Source: Nitrospirota bacterium
GTDB lineage: Bacteria > Nitrospirota > UBA9217
Reading direction: 5' to 3'
DNA: 64,000 nt
NCBI GenBank assembly: GCA_963737155.1
Contig: CAVTRN010000001.1
Span: 928,001 to 992,000 of the forward strand
Both the position numbers and the translations under genes were made by a program. The notes below the pieces were generated by a model. That model ran no database searches, was not told where the DNA came from, and worked only from the letters and a program-made list of their open reading frames with translations. Below are positions 20,505-31,364 of the stretch, in pieces. Every line of letters begins with the position of its first letter. Positions within the stretch are counted from its first letter, which is position 1.

Positions 20505-20685
20505 ACTCAGTACGCATCTTGATTTAGGCTGAATCTTGCGGCTGCTGGGAGTAAAACGCGCTTCGCTTGTTATCACCTGCGGGGCCTTGAACCCCGCAGA
20601 TGATCAAAGGGATGCTTAGAGACCTCTTGAGACCCCAAGCATAAGATGCTCCGCAGTAAGTCTGCCGGGGTATATCCTCCTGATA
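20505..20685 (+). repeat. Structured dispersed repeat, copy 1
   Basis: Aligns with the reverse complement of 45394-45580; 76/94 identical over the core by hand count. Confidence 0.8.
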
Positions 20686-20742
20686 AAAAATTTGCGGAGT
20701 TTTGTGCCCCGCGGATTTGTAAATTCCCAGTTGCTTAATCGA

Positions 20743-21525
20743 CTATGCCAAATCCCCTGCCGCGAAGGTGATCTCATCGCGGAAGGTCTTGATTAGATAG
20801 ACCGATTTCATCACCTCCCTGTCCATGACATCCACGAGCGCCGCATTGAGCCCGGCACCGGCCAGGTAGCTGAGGTAGGATGAAGCGACCACCGACTTCA
20901 GATTTTTCGGAAGGCCAGCGGTGACATTTGATAGCCAGATAACGGTATTGAGCGGCGGGTCAACCATCTCATTCAGCACTACGATGCTCTCATGAGCATT
21001 GAGCAGATGCTCCTGTCCCATGCCTTTGCTGATGTGCACCACCGATGGGTCGGCGAATAGCCGTTCATTAGGAATATCGGCGGCATTCGCTTTTTCGAGA
21101 AGATCCTCGACAATAAGCAGCTTGGCCTCAAGCGTAGACGGCACGGTGCCCTTCAGCGCCCTGACGACGAGGTTTGATTTTGTTTTGCTGACCAGGGCAA
21201 GGAGGTCGTCAGGATTCTTTTCATCAGCCGAAAAGTAATTGATGATCGGGGGTTCCTCGCAGAGCGGAATCGCCTTGCTCAGCGCGTTCACATTCCTCGA
21301 ATCCAGGCAAAGCGGCAGACCACTGCCCTTTTGAACCGCATCGGTCACGAAGGGAAGAAGTTCTTCGTCACCGATCCCGTCGGACGAAACCTGCACATTG
21401 ATGAGCTCGGCGCCTCTTGCCACAAGAGCCCTTGCCATGGCTTCTATGGTTTTCCCATCCTTTTTCTTTAACGCTCCCATATAATCCGCGTTCCGTGTGT
21501 TTAAGTTATCTGCAATAACGAGCAT
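20743..21525 (-). CDS. AcsE-like methyl-THF:corrinoid methyltransferase / pterin-binding protein (divergent)
   Basis: MLVIADNLN start, LPLCLDS, IINY, ADP and LSNV motifs of the pterin-binding TIM barrel; SD AAGGAGG. Confidence 0.8.
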   Translation of the reverse strand: MLVIADNLNTRNADYMGALKKKDGKTIEAMARALVARGAELINVQVSSDGIGDEELLPFVTDAVQKGSGLPLCLDSRNVNALSKAIPLCEEPPIINYFSADEKNPDDLLALVSKTKSNLVVRALKGTVPSTLEAKLLIVEDLLEKANAADIPNERLFADPSVVHISKGMGQEHLLNAHESIVVLNEMVDPPLNTVIWLSNVTAGLPKNLKSVVASSYLSYLAGAGLNAALVDVMDREVMKSVYLIKTFRDEITFAAGDLA

Positions 21526-21657
21526 GCCATCCTCCTTCACGAGATGATATATACTAAAACGGTCCGATATGAATAAAGTATAGCATAATTCTCCGATGGG
21601 CAGTTCGTCGCACACAACGAACTTGACAAAATGCCGTTATCCTTTATTATTGATTGC

Positions 21658-22509
21658 ATGAAGAATGAGAAGCTGGATCTTTGGCACAAAGATATCCTCG
21701 TGCCACGGCTGAGGCAGGCGAATGCCGGCCTTTCCGAGTATACCTTTGCCAATCTCTACCTTTTCAGGTATAACCACGATTACGAGGTCATCACGGACCG
21801 AAATATCTTTATCAAAGGGAAATCATATGATGGCCATCTCTACCTCATGCCGGCCGCAGATGTGCGTAGCCTGGATCGTGAGTACCTGAAGGACCTCATG
21901 AAAACCGTGGATTTCCTTTTTCCGATCCCCGAGGCATGGCTTCCTTTTTTTGAGCATGATGAGTTCGAGGTCGAATTCAAAGAGGGTGATCAGGATTATG
22001 TCTATACCGTCGAAAAGATGAGGACTTATAAAGGAAGGAACCTGCACAAGAAAAGGAACCTTCTCAAGCAGTTTCTGGACCTCTATACGCACGATGCTCT
22101 GCCGCTCACCGATGATCGCCTCGACCATGCACGCTTTATTCTCAAGGACTGGCAGGAGACGTCGGCGATGAGCGCGGCCGATACGGATTTTACCCCCTGT
22201 CTCGAAGCGCTCAATCGCTATGACGAACTTGTCCTTTGCGGCGGAATTTACTACGCGGATAACGAGCCAGCTGGCTTTGTACTCGGTGAAGAGGTGAATA
22301 ACGAGACCTTTGTCCTGCATTTCGCCAAGGCGCGCGTCAAATTCAAGGGTATTTACCAATTTATGTTCAACAACTTTGCAAAGATCTTGCCGCCGCAATA
22401 CAAATTTCTAAACCTTGAGCAGGACTTGGACAAGGAAAACCTTCGTGTCTTCAAATCATCGTATGTGCCTGACCTGATGCTGCGCAAAGCCAGGGTTAAA
22501 CTGAAATAA
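21658..22509 (+). CDS. DUF2156 (MprF C-terminal-like, aminoacyl-tRNA-dependent transferase fold) protein
   Basis: SEYTFANLY, DYVY, HKKRN, LHFAKA and NLEQDL...LRVFKSSY motifs. TTGACA-N16-TATTAT just upstream suggests ATG 21658 as the start. Confidence 0.85.
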   Translation: MKNEKLDLWHKDILVPRLRQANAGLSEYTFANLYLFRYNHDYEVITDRNIFIKGKSYDGHLYLMPAADVRSLDREYLKDLMKTVDFLFPIPEAWLPFFEHDEFEVEFKEGDQDYVYTVEKMRTYKGRNLHKKRNLLKQFLDLYTHDALPLTDDRLDHARFILKDWQETSAMSAADTDFTPCLEALNRYDELVLCGGIYYADNEPAGFVLGEEVNNETFVLHFAKARVKFKGIYQFMFNNFAKILPPQYKFLNLEQDLDKENLRVFKSSYVPDLMLRKARVKLK

Positions 22510-22658
22510 AACTGTTGATTAAATCGTTTGACGCGGATTATAATAATTACTCGCAATGGTGGCTTTTCTCTTCCAGAACAGATCATCAATAGCTCAACGG
22601 GTCCGGCATACGATATTGTCATTTCTGAAAATTTCTAAAACGGTGGGGGGATCTCTCA

Positions 22659-23390
22659 ATGAAACTTACCGAGACGGAACAGAAGCGGTATACGCGTCAG
22701 ATGATGATGGAGGGTTGGGGCGAAGAAACGCAGAAGAAAATAAAAAAGTCCACGGTCTTCATCGCCGGTGCGGGTGGGCTCGGATCGCCGGTGTCGATCT
22801 ACCTTGCCGTTGCCGGAGTCGGCAACATCAGTATCTGCGATTACGATTCCCCTGATTGGTCCAACCTCAACCGACAGATACTGCATGACCATACTCGGAT
22901 TGGCATGAACAAGGCTGTTTCCGCAAAGATGACTTTAGAGCGGCTCAACTCTGAGATCGCGGTTACGGCCTTTACGGACAAGATCGTTGAGGACAACGTG
23001 GATCGGCTGGTCGGCGACGCCAACATCATTCTCGACTGCATGGATAATTTTCCGACCCGATTTCTCTTAAATGAATGCGCCATCAGAAAAAAGATTCCTC
23101 TCGTGTATGGCAGCATCTGGGGCATTGATGGTAGGCTGTCGTTCATCCAGTCCCCGGAAACACCGTGCCTGCGCTGCATCTTTCCAGAAGCTCCCCCCAA
23201 AGAGGTCTTTCCAGTGCTGGGCGCAACGCCTGCGGTTATCGGATCGCTTCAGGCCCTTGAGACGCTGAAATACCTTTCTGGCACGGGCACGAACATTAAG
23301 GGACAGCTTCTCGTATGGGAAGGTGCTGCAACAGACTTTAAAAAATTCAAAATACGCAAGGACCCCGACTGTCCGACGTGCGGAAAATAA
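22659..23390 (+). CDS. HesA/MoeB/ThiF family adenylyltransferase
   Basis: RYTRQ, GAGGLGS, SNLNRQ, CLRC and CPTC motifs. Confidence 0.93.
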   Translation: MKLTETEQKRYTRQMMMEGWGEETQKKIKKSTVFIAGAGGLGSPVSIYLAVAGVGNISICDYDSPDWSNLNRQILHDHTRIGMNKAVSAKMTLERLNSEIAVTAFTDKIVEDNVDRLVGDANIILDCMDNFPTRFLLNECAIRKKIPLVYGSIWGIDGRLSFIQSPETPCLRCIFPEAPPKEVFPVLGATPAVIGSLQALETLKYLSGTGTNIKGQLLVWEGAATDFKKFKIRKDPDCPTCGK

Positions 23391-23559
23391 TTGCCGAAAA
23401 TTGGTAATAAAGTTAATTTTACATCTCAAGCTCAAAAAATGCTTGCCAGCTTGATGCGACGTTTCGCTACGTTCAAAGTATTCGCGTCCTGCGTAACTAA
23501 GCAGCTTTGCTGTTTCCTCTAACAGTTCAGGGCTACTACGGCTGTCTATTGTATTCATT

Positions 23560-24480
23560 ATGAAAAAAGTCGGTTTTGCTTATGATGAAGTTTTTTTGCG
23601 CCATGAGCCGCCGGTCTGGCATCCCGATTCACCCGACCGCCTCACTAATATTATTATCACGCTTAAGGCATCAGGCATATGGCCCAAGCTAATTTTCCTC
23701 AGACCACGGCGGGCGACGTTCGACGATATCGCCCGTGTCCATAGCCGCGAGTATATCGAAAAGATCAGGAACTTCGGGTCCGGAGAGCTCGATCCCGACA
23801 CTTTTCTGTCGGAGGGTACGCTTGATGCTGCGCTATTCGCGGCAGGGGCGGCCATGGAGGCAGTGGAGCAGTGCAGGAATGCACAGATCGACCGGGCGTT
23901 TTGCGCAATCCGGCCCCCGGGACACCATGCCGAAGCAGATCAGGGCATGGGTTTCTGCATCTTCAATAATGTGGCCGTGGCCGCTCGGTATGCTCGGTTC
24001 ATCGGCTACCGGCGCGTTTTTATCGTCGATTTTGACGCGCACCACGGTAACGGAACCCAACACATTTTTGAGCAGGACGACAGCGTCTTTTATTTCAGCA
24101 CACACCAGCATCCCTACTATCCCGATACAGGCAAGGACATGGAGCGTGGCAAAGGTAGGGGTCTTGGCTTTACCTACAACATCCCGATCCAGGCAGGTTC
24201 CGGAAACAGGGTTTATCTGACGGTGTACCAGGACATTCTGCCCGGGCTCATCCAGCGTTTCGATCCTGACCTTGTCCTCGCTTCAGCCGGGTACGACATC
24301 CACGTGAATGATCCCCATGCCAATATCCGCGTTTCCGACGAAGGTATCCACGGCATTGTCCGAAGCATTCTTGGCAGCTGCATCTCTTGCCCAGCGGTGT
24401 TCGTTCTGGAAGGAGGTTATGATCTTCGATCGCTCTGCGATTCAGTGAAAATTACGATAGAGGAAATGCTGAGGAAGTAG
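23560..24480 (+). CDS. Histone deacetylase-family amidohydrolase
   Basis: RPPGHH, GFCIFNN, DFDAHHGNGT, SAGYD and LEGGY motifs. Confidence 0.94.
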   Translation: MKKVGFAYDEVFLRHEPPVWHPDSPDRLTNIIITLKASGIWPKLIFLRPRRATFDDIARVHSREYIEKIRNFGSGELDPDTFLSEGTLDAALFAAGAAMEAVEQCRNAQIDRAFCAIRPPGHHAEADQGMGFCIFNNVAVAARYARFIGYRRVFIVDFDAHHGNGTQHIFEQDDSVFYFSTHQHPYYPDTGKDMERGKGRGLGFTYNIPIQAGSGNRVYLTVYQDILPGLIQRFDPDLVLASAGYDIHVNDPHANIRVSDEGIHGIVRSILGSCISCPAVFVLEGGYDLRSLCDSVKITIEEMLRK

Positions 24481-24511
24481 AGAGTTTCTTCAAACACAGG
24501 CCAATCCTCAA

Positions 24512-25123
24512 ATGAGAGATACACAAAGTCACAGCAACGCTAACCTCAGTGGACCGAGCTTTAACGGCTGCGATCTCGCCGGATGCAAACTGCGCATTTC
24601 GTACTTCATCGTTGAATCGTTTATAAAAGCGATCCTTGACAAGCCTTATCTTATGTTCTCCTCATTTACAGGTCCTGATTTTACCGCTATTAGGGGAAGC
24701 GAACGTTACGAACTCGAAATTTGCCGCTGCGACTTTCGAGAAAAGCGAACCTGTCGAATGCAAATCTGAAGATGACTGACGCGGCTATGGTGCTTTGTAG
24801 CGATGCAGTGATGACAAAGATCCCTGCCCGGATGCGCCGCCCTTTCAAGATGCTATTTCCGCGGTATAAACTTTCACGGCACGGACCTGGAAAATGCATA
24901 CGTCTCTTTGGCCGACCTGCGTGAGACAGATAACCTCGATGCCGTGCAGATCGCTTCAAACTACGGATATGCCGTAATGCTCAATGCCCGCCTGAGAAAC
25001 ACAGTCTTTACCCGCACCTGGCTCGAAGGCCTTCTATTCAATGAGGAAGTGAGGGATATGCTTGCAAATATTCACGTGATTCGTCCCTACGGGGAACGGC
25101 GCAAAGTTAACAGTGATCACTGA
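24512..25123 (+). pseudogene. Pentapeptide-repeat protein remnant
   Basis: ANLSG/CDLAG, ANLSN-ANLKM and ADLRE/ARLRN repeats in successive broken frames. Confidence 0.6.
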
Positions 25124-25252
25124 TCAAGCCACCAAGTATCCTCTATATCACGCTCTCACCACTCCGCGTTGTTCGTTTTTATAGTTGACATGCCGCCATG
25201 ATACAGTGTACAAAAGAACCTATCGAATTTCAGGAGGATCAAGACAACATCT

Positions 25253-26932
25253 ATGGCTGAACCAAACAAAATCATCTACTCCATGGTGGGGGTGGGCAAG
25301 TTTTACGACAAAAAGCCGGTGTTGAAGGACATCTATTTGTCCTACTTCTACGGCGCCAAGATCGGCGTGCTCGGTTTGAACGGATCGGGCAAAAGCTCAT
25401 TGCTCAAGATCATGTCGGGAGTGGACAAGGAGTTTGTGGGAGAGGCCGTGCTCTTGCCGGGCTACACCGTGGGCCTGCTCGAACAGGAGCCGAAACTCGA
25501 TCCCGATAAAACCGTTCGACAGATCGTGGAGGAGGGCGTCCAAGGGACGGTTGATCTCCTGAACGAGTACAACAAAATCAATGAAAGCTTCGCGAATCCC
25601 ATGACCGACGACGAGATGAATAAACTCATCGCGCGTCAGGGAGAGGTGCAGGAGAAGCTCGATCATCTGAACGCCTGGGAGTTGGACAGCCGGCTCGAAA
25701 TGGCCATGGACGCCCTGCGCTGTGCTGCCGGCGACACGAACGTGAAAGTTCTCTCTGGCGGCGAGAAGCGACGTGTGGCGCTCTGCCGGTTGCTTCTTCA
25801 AAAGCCCGATATCCTTCTTCTTGATGAACCCACGAACCATCTTGACGCGGAGTCCGTTGCCTGGCTCGAACATTATCTCCAGCAATACGAAGGCACGGTT
25901 ATCGCGGTCACGCATGACCGCTATTTCCTCGACAATGTCGCGGGCTGGATCCTTGAACTCGACCGAGGCCAGGGCATTCCGTGGAAAGGGAACTACTCCT
26001 CATGGCTCGAGCAGAAGCAGGAGCGCCTGAAACAGGAAGAGAAGACTGAAAGCGACCGGCAAAAGACGCTCCAGCGGGAGCTCGAATGGATCAGGATGTC
26101 TCCCAAGGGGCGGCACGCGAAATCGAAAGCGCGTATCAGTTCCTATGAGCAGCTTTTGAGCCAGCAGGGAGAGAAGCGTGCGAAAGAGCTCGAGATTTAC
26201 ATTCCACCCGGACCGAGGCTCGGCAAGGTCGTCATAGAAGCTGAAAATGTTGCCAAAGCCTATGGCGACAACATCCTTGTGGAAAATATGTCATTCATGC
26301 TTCCGCCGGGCGGTATTGTCGGAGTCATCGGACCGAATGGTGCCGGTAAAACCACACTATTCCGCATGATCACCGGCCAGGACAGACCGGACAAAGGTAC
26401 GATCAAAATCGGTGAGACCGTCAAGCTCGCGTATGTGGATCAAAGCCGCGACGTGCTGGACCCAAACAAGACGATCTGGCAAGTGATTTCAGAGGGCCAG
26501 GAGCAGGTGCAGCTCGGCAAGCACCTGATGAACTCCCGAGCCTACGTGTCGCGATTTAACTTCGGCGGTACGGATCAGCAGAAGAAGGTAGGCGTGCTGT
26601 CCGGTGGAGAACGGAATCGAGTACATCTTGCGCGCATCCTGAAAGAGGAAGCGAATGTGCTGCTACTTGATGAACCGACGAATGATCTTGATGTGAACAC
26701 CATGCGGGCGCTCGAAGAGGGGCTTGAAAACTTCGCGGGCTGCGCCGTGGTGATCAGTCATGACCGCTGGTTCCTTGACAGGATCGCAACGCACATACTG
26801 GCGTTCGAAGGTGAAAGTAAAATCGTTTTCTTTGACGGGAACTACTCGGAATACGAAGAAGACCGCAAGAAGCGCCTTGGTGCGGATGCGGACCAGCCGC
26901 ACCGGATCAAATACCGGCATTTAACAAGGTAA
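25253..26932 (+). CDS. ettA: Energy-dependent translational throttle ABC-F protein
   Basis: Two ABC domains, [20 protein letters not shown] linker, C-terminal PHRIKYR. Confidence 0.96.
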   Translation: MAEPNKIIYSMVGVGKFYDKKPVLKDIYLSYFYGAKIGVLGLNGSGKSSLLKIMSGVDKEFVGEAVLLPGYTVGLLEQEPKLDPDKTVRQIVEEGVQGTVDLLNEYNKINESFANPMTDDEMNKLIARQGEVQEKLDHLNAWELDSRLEMAMDALRCAAGDTNVKVLSGGEKRRVALCRLLLQKPDILLLDEPTNHLDAESVAWLEHYLQQYEGTVIAVTHDRYFLDNVAGWILELDRGQGIPWKGNYSSWLEQKQERLKQEEKTESDRQKTLQRELEWIRMSPKGRHAKSKARISSYEQLLSQQGEKRAKELEIYIPPGPRLGKVVIEAENVAKAYGDNILVENMSFMLPPGGIVGVIGPNGAGKTTLFRMITGQDRPDKGTIKIGETVKLAYVDQSRDVLDPNKTIWQVISEGQEQVQLGKHLMNSRAYVSRFNFGGTDQQKKVGVLSGGERNRVHLARILKEEANVLLLDEPTNDLDVNTMRALEEGLENFAGCAVVISHDRWFLDRIATHILAFEGESKIVFFDGNYSEYEEDRKKRLGADADQPHRIKYRHLTR

Positions 26933-27126
26933 AATGGTACAACGTAACCATACATAGGCAGAACAGAAGGACGCGGAGAGGAGCAGCAGTCCACTGGAGT
27001 AAGCATCATCCTTAATACCCGATTTAAATTTCTCTTGTGAATTTCCTGTACCCGAATTTTTTCCGATGTGCGTTGTGCCTCGTAGTGTTGATCTGTGTTA
27101 ATCCGAGGTTTGAAAAGGGGGAGTTT

Positions 27127-27444
27127 ATGTCAGAATTTAAAGACGTAACGGTTGTTCGTGAGGCGAACATCTATTTCGACGGCAAGGTGACCAGCAGGTC
27201 CGTGCTGTTTCAAGACGGATCCAAGAAGACGCTCGGCGTGATGCTTCCAGGCGAGTTCGAGTTCAGCACCGCAGACAAGGAGCTCATGGAGATCCTGTCC
27301 GGTGAACTCGATGTGCTCCTGCCGGGAGAGACATCCTGGAAGGCTGTCAAGAGCGGACAGTCCTTTGAGGTGAAGCCGAATGCGAAATTCAAGCTCAAAG
27401 TGAAGAGTCTGACCGACTATTGCTGTTCGTTTATCAAAGGTTAA
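27127..27444 (+). CDS. ppnP: Pyrimidine/purine nucleoside phosphorylase (YaiE/DUF1255)
   Basis: ANIYFDGKVTSR, TLGVMLPGE and DYCCSF motifs. Confidence 0.92.
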   Translation: MSEFKDVTVVREANIYFDGKVTSRSVLFQDGSKKTLGVMLPGEFEFSTADKELMEILSGELDVLLPGETSWKAVKSGQSFEVKPNAKFKLKVKSLTDYCCSFIKG

Positions 27445-27536
27445 AAAACAGCTATGTTGATGTTTTAAGTGCTGAACCGTTGAATGGATTGCTGTGGATG
27501 TGAACTCTGAACTATTTATTTCGGGAAGGAGCAAAT

Positions 27537-28064
27537 ATGAAAACGATAGCAAATATCGTAATCGTACTGGCCATGACGATCGGGGCATTCGGGTGTCAGC
27601 AGAAGAAGGAAGAGCAACGCCCGGTAACCTATACTCCCCCGCTTCCGTCGCAGACCGAGATCCGTCAGCTTGAGCAGGCGGTAAAAATGTCGCCCAAGAA
27701 CAAAGAGGAGTGGATTCGCCTCGGCAATGCGTTAATGGATTCCCAGCAGTTTAATGAGGCCATTGATGCCTATGAGAAAGCGCTGGCCCTAGACCCACAG
27801 AATGTACCCGTGCGGGTTGACATGGGGACCTGCTATCGTGGGATTGGAAAGCCCGACAAGGCGGTCGAAGAGTACCGAAAGGCGCTTAAAATCAATCCCA
27901 ACTTCCCGAACGGGCACCGCAATCTCGGCGTAGTTCTGGCCAATGACCTGCACAACAACAAGCAGGCAATTCCGGAGTTTCAGAAGTATCTTGAACTCGC
28001 ACCGAACGCAGCTGATGCCGAGGAAATTAGAAAAACGATCCAGACGCTGTCCATCGAGAAATAA
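27537..28064 (+). CDS. TPR-repeat lipoprotein
   Basis: AFGC lipobox followed by three TPR repeats. Confidence 0.85.
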   Translation: MKTIANIVIVLAMTIGAFGCQQKKEEQRPVTYTPPLPSQTEIRQLEQAVKMSPKNKEEWIRLGNALMDSQQFNEAIDAYEKALALDPQNVPVRVDMGTCYRGIGKPDKAVEEYRKALKINPNFPNGHRNLGVVLANDLHNNKQAIPEFQKYLELAPNAADAEEIRKTIQTLSIEK

Positions 28065-28637
28065 TCAATCAATAGGCTTGCTTATTACAAACAACGTAAA
28101 AAGCCCCTGGCGGGCAAATTATGGCTTTGTTTTCTTTCTTATGTGCATGTTCTTTGCACTCTATATGTGATTTAGCCGTTTTCGTATTTATTAATCTGTT
28201 CGAATTGCCTGCGTTCATTCGTAGTACTGCTTTCTCAATGTTCATTACTGTTTCAAAATTCACAATTTTGCTCGCCATTTCACGTACCACCAGCCAATGC
28301 ATTAAGCGTGGCCAATATCTTTTTTCAATTCATTGACGTTGGGTGGATTTTTTTAGAGTCCCTGTCAAAGAGCGGATGAAGACGCGACACACCCGATACG
28401 TCAGCGATGTAATCCTTCCGACGCCCTTCCGTCATTCGAATCCTAAATATTCCTTCCGCAGAGGCAAGAAGGTCTTGCCTGACAGAGTAGCAGGTGAGCC
28501 TTTCGGCGCAGCGAGCCTTATCAGCATGGGCGCTGAATCGATGTGGCCTCCTGCTTCGCTGGTGTATCTTGATCTCCCTCGTAGGACTTCCTGCCTAAAG
28601 CCCCTCATGGTGTAAGGTTTCTGCATGACAAATTAAT

Positions 28638-30503
28638 CTAACTGATTTGAGCCAGCTCGCTCAACTGCTGGTCGAACTCCTGTGTCCTTGCGTCGTGCTC
28701 CTCAGTTACCGTCTCAAGCTCGGCAAAGAGCTTCTCGATATTTACTTTTGCATTATTGACCGAATTCGAAAGCTGCTTGATGGTGAGGGCCTTGCCTTTA
28801 ACGGAGGCTTCAAGCAGTTCCTGTGTATCGCGCTCTACTGCCTGTTCCAGCTTCGTGATCTCTTCTTCAATGGCCGCGATCCTGCTCTTAAGCGAACTCA
28901 GAACCCTTGATTTGTCCGCCACGATTGCAGTACGTTGCTTTTTCGTATCCTTCCGGTTCACATGTTTGTCAATCTGCCTCTTCTTTCCCTTTTTTACATG
29001 CGCTCCACCTTCGTCGCTCCATCCTACTCGCTCAAGAAAATCGAGATAGGTACCTTCGAAAATCGAGACGGAATCGTTGTCATAGACGATCAGCTTGGTC
29101 GCTATGGCCTCGAGAATCAACTCGCTGTGTGTCACGATGATGACGGCGCCGTCGAAGGCCTCGATCGCCTCGATCAGAGAATCAATGGATTCCATATCAA
29201 GATGGTTTGTGGGCTCGTCGAGCATGAGCATATTGGCCGGCGAGACCAGGAGTTTGCCGAGCAGCACGCGGCTTTTTTCTCCGCCGGAGAGAACGCTCAC
29301 TTTTTTGAGCGCATTGTCGCCGTCGAACATCATGAGGCCGCAGATCGAGCGGGATTCTCCCTGAGCGTTGTCAGGGTGCGCATCCATGATCTCCTGCAGA
29401 GCAGTCTTTTCCGGCCGCAGGCGGTTAATATTGGTCTGGCCGAAGTAGGCGGTCTTTGTGTTCGGGTGGAGCTTGATGCTGCCGTTGGTGGGAGCCATTT
29501 CCCGGGCTAACAGGTTCAGGAGCGTTGTTTTGCCCTTGCCATTCTTGCCGATTACGCCGATGCGGTCCTTTTTGCCTACCGCGAATGAGATCCCGTCGAT
29601 CAGCTTTGGGCTGTCCCGGGAGAAGCCGAAGGATAGATCGTCCACAGTCATGAGCCACTTGGCCTCGAACGGCGCCGACCGGAACTTGAAGTCGAGCGAC
29701 CTGAGCTCCTCAAGCTTGTCGAGTTTCTCGTGTCTTGCGAGCGCTTTGACGCGCGACTGGACCGCGCTGGCTTTGGTAGCCTGAGCCCGGAACCGGTTGA
29801 TGAACTGCTCGACTTCCTTGCGCTTCTTTTCATCGTTCTGTCGCGTCTTCTCGTAGATTTCCTCCTCCAGAAGGATTTGATCGTAGAGCTTCTGGGTCCC
29901 ACCCGCTATTTTCCTCATTTTGCAGCGGTGAATGATCATGGTGTGGGTCGTCACGCTGTCCATAAAGTCACGGTCATGGGTGATGATGATCATCTCGTTT
30001 CTCCAGGCGCGCAGGAACTGCGTGAGCCAGCGGACAGAGACGATGTCGAGATAATTCGTGGGTTCGTCGAGAAGAAGCAGGTTGGGTTCGGAAACAAGCA
30101 CCTTGGCAAGGTTCAGACGCACTTGGTACCCGCCAGAGAGCGCTGACGGATGGTGGTCGAAATCATTATTTGTGAATCCGAGGCCATGAAGGATGGCCTC
30201 GGCCTTATAAGTTTCGTCAATGTGGTCTTCATTTTTCGGAAGGGCAAGGCATGCTTCCTGAAGAACCGTATTTTCAGCGAAGTGGATGTGCTGGGAGAGG
30301 TGGCCGATGGTGTAACCGGAGGGCGTTGTGATCGTTCCGGCGTCTTGGTGTTCCTCGCCTAGGATCATGCGAAAGAGCGTGGATTTGCCGTGGCCATTCC
30401 GCCCTACCAGCCCCACGCGCTCACGAGGATTGACGGTAAAGCCGACGCCGTCGAACAGCACCTGCTTCCCGTAGGATTTTTCAATGTTGGTGACCTGGAG
30501 CAT
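28638..30503 (-). CDS. ABC-F family ATPase (YheS/Uup-like) with C-terminal coiled coil
   Basis: Two Walker A/B sets (GRNGHGKST, GKNGKGKTT; DEPTN) and the RFRAQATKA linker. Confidence 0.92.
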   Translation of the reverse strand: MLQVTNIEKSYGKQVLFDGVGFTVNPRERVGLVGRNGHGKSTLFRMILGEEHQDAGTITTPSGYTIGHLSQHIHFAENTVLQEACLALPKNEDHIDETYKAEAILHGLGFTNNDFDHHPSALSGGYQVRLNLAKVLVSEPNLLLLDEPTNYLDIVSVRWLTQFLRAWRNEMIIITHDRDFMDSVTTHTMIIHRCKMRKIAGGTQKLYDQILLEEEIYEKTRQNDEKKRKEVEQFINRFRAQATKASAVQSRVKALARHEKLDKLEELRSLDFKFRSAPFEAKWLMTVDDLSFGFSRDSPKLIDGISFAVGKKDRIGVIGKNGKGKTTLLNLLAREMAPTNGSIKLHPNTKTAYFGQTNINRLRPEKTALQEIMDAHPDNAQGESRSICGLMMFDGDNALKKVSVLSGGEKSRVLLGKLLVSPANMLMLDEPTNHLDMESIDSLIEAIEAFDGAVIIVTHSELILEAIATKLIVYDNDSVSIFEGTYLDFLERVGWSDEGGAHVKKGKKRQIDKHVNRKDTKKQRTAIVADKSRVLSSLKSRIAAIEEEITKLEQAVERDTQELLEASVKGKALTIKQLSNSVNNAKVNIEKLFAELETVTEEHDARTQEFDQQLSELAQIS

Positions 30504-30905
30504 TCGTTTCCCTTCAATAATCGGATATGCTGCATAAATACAGTCTTTTATAATAACGCAGGAGAACTTATATGGCAAATGATTTTTTGATGATTTTTTG
30601 AGGCAAAGGAAGGGATCAGCCTGTGTAGGTCCGGCCGTTTCGCGGTTTTGCGTAGCATCTTTCCGAGGAATACATTGATTGGGTTAGACCGGATCAAAAA
30701 GAGCAGGAGGGGTAATTTTCTGATGCCCCTCTTCATGTAGTCCCGATTGAAGCTCCACGCTTCGTTTGTCCGATTGCAATCCTTATTTGCAGGTGTCGAA
30801 GACGAATTTCATCATTCGCGATGCGAGAAATGACCTGCCGAAATTGAGATATAAGATCGACTTGGAACTTTCCTCGGCATCAACCTTATCACGCAGTATT
30901 TTCCT

Positions 30906-31277
30906 CTAGAAAAAGGACGGCATTATCTCCTCATCTTCCTTGCGCCATGCCGGATCGACAATGCAAATGAATTTGAGGTCGCTTTCCCCGGTATTAGTGA
31001 TACTCTGTTTCGCCCAAGGAGGAATGTACACGGTTGACCCGGGCTTCACCGATGCGTCTTCGTCGTTGATATGCATGATGCCTTCACCTTCTATAATGTA
31101 ATAAATTTCAGAAGTCCTGAGCCGGTGTGCCCAGGTCGTATTGCCCGGTTTCACAACTGCGTGTGCCAGGCTGTAGCGAAGAGCTAGGTTCTCCTTGTCC
31201 GGGTGCAGTATCTCACGAAGCAGACAGTTGTCTCCGGCAACGAATTCCTCGCAATCATGTAATTCACGGATGAACAT
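30906..31277 (-). CDS. Cupin domain protein
   Basis: YSLAHA...HRLRTSEIYYIIEGEG...YIPP; SD GAGGAG. Confidence 0.88.
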   Translation of the reverse strand: MFIRELHDCEEFVAGDNCLLREILHPDKENLALRYSLAHAVVKPGNTTWAHRLRTSEIYYIIEGEGIMHINDEDASVKPGSTVYIPPWAKQSITNTGESDLKFICIVDPAWRKEDEEIMPSFF

Positions 31278-31364
31278 CAGAAATACTCCTCTAACAAAAA
31301 AAACAGAAGCCCCGCGCTTAACATACGGGGCACAAGGTACGTAGAACAAAGTTCATCCCGTCTT

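Noticed and set aside
28343-28626. PTPFRHS resembling the tyrosine recombinase HxLRHS motif
   Set aside because: No other catalytic residues or context; likely chance.
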